Assembly: GCA_964016885.1 (NCBI GenBank)
Contig: OZ024754.1
Coordinates: 17,980,001 to 18,044,000, forward strand
Origin: Eledone cirrhosa
Lineage: Eukaryota
Length of the DNA stretch: 64,000 bases
Direction: 5' to 3'
How positions within the stretch are numbered: position 1 is the first letter of the stretch; each line of letters opens with the position of its first letter. Both the position numbers and the translations under genes were made by a program. The notes under the pieces were generated by a model, which was not told the DNA's origin, made no database searches, and saw only the letters and a list, made by a program, of their open reading frames with translations. Of the stretch, positions 57,321 to 64,000 are shown piece by piece.

Positions 57321-57809
57321 TTCCTCTTTGTTGTTGAATAACTGATACCAAAATTATACAACTATAACATGGTTGCAACAGACGAACAAAATAACTGAGT
57401 TGTCTTCTCTTGTATGTAAGTATGTCATGTGATATCACTGTTCTTTACCTTTGAGAGTGTGATTGCTTAATTAATCTTTCTCCCTCCCTGTATCATATTT
57501 CCCTTTCTCTCGTTATCTCCCACTATTTCCCTCTCTTTAGCCATATTTCTCACCACCTTCCACTCTCTCTGTTGCAAATAATATTTCCTCTTTTATGTTC
57601 CTCTCACCCTTCCTCCTTTTCAATGTCTGAACGCAAATCCACAGTAATGATTTTATATCTTATAATATATATTAGACTAGTGTTTCAAGGCCACCCCACC
57701 TACTAAAGTGGGGAGTTAGCCTTGTGGGCCCCTTGAAAGGCTTCCCATTTAGAATGGGATTCTTCTTGAAGCAAAATGCCCTTCTTGGTACCAACTCTTT
57801 TAAGGCACA

Positions 57810-58020
57810 CACATGTATCTATTATAAACCAGATACACAGAGCTATATCTTATGTTACACACGTATATCTATTATAAACGAAATACACAGAGCTATATCT
57901 TATGTTACACACGTATATCTATTATAAACCAAATACAACGAGCTATATCTTATGATACACAGAGATATATCTCTTCTAAACCAGATACACTGAGCTATAT
58001 CTTATGTTACACAGGTATAT
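57810..58020. repeat. 50-bp tandem repeat (about 4 copies)
   Basis: agctatatcttatgttacacacgtatatctattataaac...tacacag units. Confidence 0.85.
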
Positions 58021-58482
58021 CAATAGAATATGGAAATGACACTTGTGATGCAAAAAAAAAAAAAAAAATTAAGGCAAAACAAAACATTTCTAGATTTATA
58101 AGAGGAATAATCTGGAAATTGTGAGGGATACTTTCCTGTGTCCTACAAAACTAAGTTGTATCTAGTTCTTCAAGTTTTATTGCAGGCTTAAGCCAGATTC
58201 TTTCTTTTCTGTAACTACTTCACTTTGTTGAGCTAATTCACTGCAGTTTGTTCGTATTGAAAAAACATTTCGCAAATATTCAGAAACAACTTTCAAGAAA
58301 ATATTGTAGAGTTTATAAATCTAAAAGAGTTCAAATGAATTATATTTACAATGAAAAATTCAGATACCTTTCATTTTCATTTCTTTTCAGTTTTATTCAA
58401 TTTCATTTTATTGTCTGCCATTTTATATACCTAAAACAAAACATGCACCAGAAAATTTTTTTGTAAAAGTGTGATATATTAC

Positions 58483-58677
58483 CATAGCAAAACCGACATC
58501 AGCTTTTTTCAAAGCTGGTCCATCATTGGTACCATCTCCTGTGACAGCAACTACTTCCCTGTTAGCGTTGACTCGACTGTCAATGATGCCCTTTACCAAA
58601 GTATATTTATCTTGTGGGGATGATCTTGCCAATACTCGTAAATGAGGCCACACCTGATCAAATAATTCCTGTTTAAC
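58483..58677 (-). CDS. ATP2B: PMCA internal exon E (GDGTND hinge)
   Basis: ttttag/gtaata. [34 protein letters not shown]...[23 protein letters not shown]. 195 nt. Confidence 0.97.
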
Positions 58678-58710
58678 CTAAAAGACAGGAAGAAAAAAAT
58701 AATTAAGATT

Positions 58711-60215
58711 CATCATTATTATCATCATCGTTCGTGTATATTACTGTTACACATCCAATGGAGCATGCATGCTTCGTTCCTCTCCAGTCTGCGCAGGTCC
58801 TCTGCACACAATGCCCATGTCTCACTGCCATGTAACATTACTGTTCATATACAAGCATCATACAATCTGCCTTTCATTTTTAAAAAGAAACCTTTTGTGG
58901 CCAACAGTGGTATAAGCTCTCTGAACTTTTTCCATCCCATTCTAACTCTGGCTACTGTACTTTCAGAGCACCCTCCACCACTGCTGATTTTGTTACCCAG
59001 ATAATGGAAAGTGTCCACTATTTCTATAGAACCATCTGGGCAGTTGAAGGAGCTAGTAGCCTGTGGGCACTTGCTACTTATTGCACCTAAGCATCAGTCA
59101 CATATAAAATCTATGTTCTTCGATAGTTTGCCTGTGATCCCACTACATCTTTTATGTACCCATAGTTTGCATTTGGGACATAAAATGGAATTTCTACCTA
59201 CTCCTTTCCTACACACTGAGCATGGCCATTTCCCAGAGGAGACCTGTACCCTATTTTCCTTTCTACAAACTAGAACTTTAGTCTTAGACAAGTTAACTTT
59301 AAGGCCTTTTGGTTCTAGGCCATGCTTCCATGTTTGGAATTTCTTTTCTAGTTCAGCCATAGATTCAGCTATGAGAGTTAGATCATCTGTGTATAGAAGT
59401 TCCCATGAGCAGCCAGTCTTAAACTCCTCTGTTATAGCCTGAAGGGCAATAATAAACAGGAGGGGGCTAAGGACAGAGCCTTGATGAACACCAACTTTTA
59501 TGCTAAATTCTTCACTATATTCATTGTTAATTCTAACCTTACTGACTGTTTCTTTATACATGGCTTGTATGGCTCTCACAAGCCATTCATCTACACCTAG
59601 TTTTCTAAGGACCCACCAGATAATGGAGCAGGGGACTCTATCAAAGACTTTCTCCAAGTCAACAAAAGCTAAGTAGAGGGGTTTACTTTTAGCTAGGTAC
59701 TTCTCCTGTAGTTGTCGTACAAGGAAAAGAGCATCTGACACAAACCCAAACTGCATTTCATCTAGATCAATTTGATCTCTGATTAGTTGTGCTATAACTC
59801 TTTCTGTGATCTTCATGACCAAGTCAACTAACTTAATGCCTCTATAGTTTCCCCTATCTAGAGCATCCCCTTTACCCTTGTAGCAGTTAATGATGATGCT
59901 GCTACGCTAGTCTTTTGGTATGACTCCATTCTGTACTACTTAGTTTACTATCCGGGTGACCATAGTATGTCCCACCATTCCAGATGCCTACATCTCAGCA
60001 ACTATCTCCGAAGGCCCAGCTGCCTTGCCTGTCTTCATATCTTTGATTGCCTTACTTATTATACTACCATTAACTTGCACCGCTGGTCTCTCTATTGGAT
60101 TGATTTGGGGCAGACTTTCTTTTTCCCCTTTATTCTCCTTATTTAGTAGTCTCTCGTAGTGACACTTCCAAGCTACCTTTTTATCAGTATCAGTGAGGGC
60201 AAGTAGACCATCTGT
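58711..60215 (-). mobile_element. Decayed RTE-clade LINE, same family as 40267-41818
   Basis: ORF 59094-59822 contains AFVDLEKVFDRV, GVHQGSVLSPLLF, LYTDD and WPCSVCRKG. Frameshifts/stops on both sides. Confidence 0.92.
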
Positions 60216-60631
60216 AACCTCAGCATCATTTTATGTCTCTTTTCCATACTGGCATGGTTTCTATTGCTAGATGCCCTTCCTATCTTGGATTACTTTATAG
60301 AGTTTACTGGGTGTATTTTATTGTGGACCCAGCATTAACACTTAACAGAGTATACTGGGTACATTTTATCATGGTATCAACACCACCATTTTACAGAGTG
60401 CACTCGGTACATTTTATTTTGGAACCAGCACCACCATTTTACAGAGTGTTCTGGGTACATTTTATTGTGGCCTCAGCACTACTACTTTACAGAGTGAATA
60501 TAAACAAACAAAAAGAGATCTTAAGAATTATCTGCATGAGACATGTTTACATATTAGTGATGTATCAAGCAGTACCAGTAATTATTGGAAGATATAACTT
60601 ACAGACATGATGAGGTAACCCTTTTTATAAT

Positions 60632-60749
60632 AATCTCATTAATAAAATCTTTAAAAAACTTTTTTTACAAGATGTGATTTCATTTTTGGCCATGATGGAA
60701 TTCCAAAACCTTTTTCTCTTCAAGACCATATTATTGAACCAATGGCTAA
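60632..60749 (+). repeat. Inverted, diverged copy of PMCA exon B and its upstream acceptor region (partner 62965-63100)
   Basis: The + strand aatctcattaataaaatc...ttacaagatgtgatttcatttttggccatgatggaattccaaaacctttttctcttcaagacca-tattattgaaccaatggctaa aligns to the reverse complement of 62965-63100, with scattered substitutions and one 18-nt gap. Confidence 0.92.
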
Positions 60750-60755
60750 ACTAAC

Positions 60756-60938
60756 CTCTCCAGTTGCTGGATCCCTGATTCTGTGGTTAAATTCTCGACC
60801 TTCAATGACCAGGAATTCTTCCCCTGGTCGAAGAATACCACATTTTGCGGCAATTGATCGGGCCGTGTTAACATTGTCTCCAGTTACCATTCTTACAGTA
60901 ATGCCAGCCTCCTGACATTTTTTAATGGCACCAGGTAC
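60756..60938 (-). CDS. ATP2B: PMCA internal exon D (TGDN motif)
   Basis: ctctag/gttagt. [61 protein letters not shown]. 183 nt. Confidence 0.97.
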
Positions 60939-61632
60939 CTAGAGAAGAAAATGAAACATATTCAACATGGGTTGGATTGGTTTATCCATTTGAGAAATTT
61001 TCAACACAAATTATTATGTTTTGTATCTATGTGTCCAAAGACTGACAGCTGACATCAATTACATCTGCAATAAACTACTCAAGTTGTTTAACCATTTTGA
61101 TATCAAATTGAACCAGAGTCAGTTTCATGTTAAGATACAAAACTGTTTTAGAGTGTTCAGATTTAAATTAAAAACCTTCTCCTATAATTTTATCTAAGAA
61201 CCTTTGATAAGTTATCTTTCAAATGTCAGATAAATGAGAAAGTTATATTAATAAATTTCTTTAAATTGATTATTTTCAGAATAATTTGAAAAAGGTAGGC
61301 AGTATCTTTCATTAAAAATAATGTAATGAAAAGATTAACTATATCACAATATTTCTATGGTTCATCATAAACTGTCAACTCCTGGTACTTTCTCATGCAC
61401 TACGAACCCACTCTTCAATTCATTCATTATATAAATTCTACATACATTATATAAAATTTATTATTAAATTCATTATACAAATTCTACAAATATTCTATAA
61501 AATTTATTATACAAGTTCATTATACAAATTATACATACATTATATAGAATTTATCATTAAATTCATTATAAAAATTCTACAAATCTACATACATTAAATG
61601 TAAATCAAGAAGGACATGAAAAAGATACTAAC

Positions 61633-61754
61633 TTCATTTCGTACAGGATCTTCAATACCGACAACAGCAATACAAGTAAGTCCTCGAATAATTTCATCTT
61701 CTTTTTCCCAGTTTGGTTCTTCATCATAATGTGTTTCACCTTCTTTAGGAGGTC
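61633..61754 (-). CDS. ATP2B: PMCA internal exon C
   Basis: tttttag/gttagt. (G)[40 protein letters not shown]. 122 nt, phase 1->0. Confidence 0.96.
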
Positions 61755-61938
61755 CTAAAAATTGACATTTCAAAATATGATAAGTATTATTTTCTTTTTA
61801 TACCATAAACAAAGATCACGATTTATTACTCACGATGAAACCATTTTGGTAGAAGTTAACATTTCTAATTTAATGGCAGAGTGGATTGGCAGGATTACTA
61901 AAGAAAATTAGATAAACTGCTTAGTAATAGTTAGTTAA

Positions 61939-62086
61939 CCCTTTAACATTATTTACTATTGTATTTTCATGGTAAAGGCTTTATCTCATATAATATCGAA
62001 TCTACAAGATTTTGATATTTATATTGAGAACAATATGTTAATGTCGGTATGAGCAGCCAGTTACAGCCGGTTTAAATGCTAAAGGG
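61939..62086. mobile_element. piggyBac-like MITE (relatives ~31935-32125, ~55070-55260)
   Basis: TTAA at 61935-61938 and 62087-62090. Termini ccctttaacatt / aatgctaaaggg. Internal sequence is shared among three copies. Confidence 0.7.
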
Positions 62087-62299
62087 TTAAAGCCCCCAAC
62101 CTAATGACAGATACCATTTCAACAGAGCTGGTAAAATATAGATGTTTCTCTGAGTAGGAACATCAATCAACTTATATATAGTCGCTTCGCTAGTAATTTA
62201 AGTAAATAGCTGTCTAATAATTGCCGATACATACAAAATAACACCCTCTATTAGTTGATCTTTGCTAGATCAATAAGCAAATATTAATAAATGATGAGA

Positions 62300-62640
62300 T
62301 ACATTGAGAAGGATTATGTAATCTGGCAGACAATCAGATCAACAATTTTTACCTACAGTATATATTACAATGAGAACGATTATGTAATTCTGCCAGATGA
62401 CCAGATCAACAATTTTTACCTACAGTAAATATGACAATGAGAAGGATTATGTAATCTGCCAGGCGATCAGATCAACAGTTTTTACCTACTGTATATATTA
62501 CAATGAGAACAATTATGTAATTCTGCCAGATGACCAGATCAACAATTTTTACCTACAGTAAATATGACAATGAGAAGGATTATGTAATCTGCCAGGCGAT
62601 CAGATCAACAGTTTTTAGCTACTGTATATATTACAATTTA
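62300..62640. repeat. ~66-bp tandem repeat (about 5 copies, alternating variants)
   Basis: gagaaggattatgtaatctgcc...cagatcaaca.tttttaccta...acaat units. Confidence 0.85.
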
Positions 62641-62917
62641 TTAATTCATTTACTGTCAATAATCAGCCAGAGCATCAATATTTCAGTATGAAAAGTGTTC
62701 AAAGAAAGCATCGGTTTAAATCATATGCAAAACAAATGAGACAATTTCCAGGAAAATATCCTCCCAGGAATCAGGTATAGCTAAATCAATCAATAGTGTT
62801 TAATACATAATTAGGACTGTGTTGATCATCTACTCGACAATGTGAATAGTAAGTCACTTCTATTAATGACAACCAAAATCTAAATTCCAGAATAAAAATG
62901 AAGAAATATTTCCTTAC

Positions 62918-63060
62918 CATGAACAAAATGTTTAAATGCCAAGCACAAAGTCCTCAGACCATAATTAGCCATTGGTTCAATAACATTTGCTACCATATCT
63001 TCTTGGTCTTGAAGAGAAAAAGGTTTAGGAACTCCATCATGTCCAAGAATGAAGTCACAC
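62918..63060 (-). CDS. ATP2B: PMCA internal exon B
   Basis: ttcttacaag acceptor, gtaagg donor. (K)[47 protein letters not shown]. 143 nt, phase 2->1, fits neighbours. Confidence 0.95.
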
Positions 63061-63223
63061 CTTGTAAGAAAATAAAAAAAAAGATTTTATCAATGAGATT
63101 GTTAGATTTTAACAAGTTTTACTTAAGTTAGTTCATGCATTAATTGGATCAGATCAAATGGATGTCAAAATGGATGTTAAATGATGATGATATATATATA
63201 TGTGTATAAAGCAATTTCCTTAC

Positions 63224-63462
63224 TTCTTCAAGACAATTTCAGATGCTCCTTTAGTGTATAACCGAAATCCATCTTCAATTTTTAATACCGTGCTCATAGA
63301 TTTTCGAACAGAATTGAAGGTGTATATTTTATAGATTTTATCGACTGGAGTTTCTTCCCGCAAGGCATCGTAATCTTGTCCCAAATCCAGTACAAAACCT
63401 AAAAGTGCACATTCTGTCTTATTACCGATCTGCGTTGGTAGCGTTGAGCTATCTTTACTTAG
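63224..63462 (-). CDS. ATP2B: PMCA internal exon A (nucleotide-binding domain)
   Basis: ttcttcag acceptor, gtaagg donor. Translates [28 protein letters not shown]...[13 protein letters not shown]...[11 protein letters not shown] ([17 protein letters not shown] and KGASE motifs). 239 nt, ends phase 2. Upstream exons lie outside the window. Confidence 0.96.
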
Positions 63463-64000
63463 CTGAAGAAAGAAATAAAATCAATAGAAATGAGTATAAA
63501 CCAAATACATATACTTGAAAAGTTTTAATACACCTCAAACTTCATTTAATATGTCAGTATAACCACAAGCCATTTCCCCCTTAGAAAAATTGTTTTCAAG
63601 TGTTCATGTTTAAATGCAAACCGTCCATTACAATTTTTTGTTAAAAATCTTTTTTTTAAAAAGATTATGTTCTTAACACCAACTTAACAAGAAATCCCTC
63701 CAAATTTCTGATTATATAAACAATTATTTGAAAATCATAGACAGAAATAGGGTAACACATGAGTTAAACATATCTGCTCACAAATATAAGTGATTGAAAA
63801 CTTAACTAGTAGTTAAGATTAAAAAAATGGGAATTTCATTATGAAAAGTGTTGAGCATCAGTGATGTGGAGGCAGTTCAATTACAACAGTTTAGGATACA
63901 GTAGTGTTTCTGAAATATTTTAGCCATGTCTTATCCAATAAATACACAACCTCACCTCATATAAATAAATCAATATGAAAATAATCATTGGCTGACATAA

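Overview
AT-rich animal genomic DNA full of (TA)n/(CA)n/(GA)n microsatellites. The repeat landscape suggests an octopus or other cephalopod, but that is inference. The only host gene I can support is the 3' two-thirds of a plasma-membrane Ca2+-ATPase (PMCA/ATP2B, P2B ATPase) on the minus strand. Ten phase-compatible GT-AG exons run from 63462 down to 51114 and end midway through the calmodulin-binding domain (...WVRGLTRLQQQ). After a 20.4-kb intron come three separate alternative last exons (30728, 29221, 19751), each starting with the second half of that domain (LRVVRAF / IRVVNAF / IRVVNAF). Less expected features: (1) a candidate 21-nt microexon (YLAWKAF) with two downstream UGCAUG motifs; (2) an inverted intronic copy of a PMCA exon plus its acceptor, placed just after a downstream donor, which could act in RNA editing or splicing; (3) several minimal type-I hammerhead ribozyme motifs inside fold-back elements embedded in (TA)n; (4) a ~1.8-kb 32-bp satellite containing TTAGGG. 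The rest is decayed mobile DNA: an internally deleted mariner, RTE LINEs, SINEs and TTAA MITEs. Most entries in the ORF track are microsatellite artefacts. All alignments and folds were done by eye.
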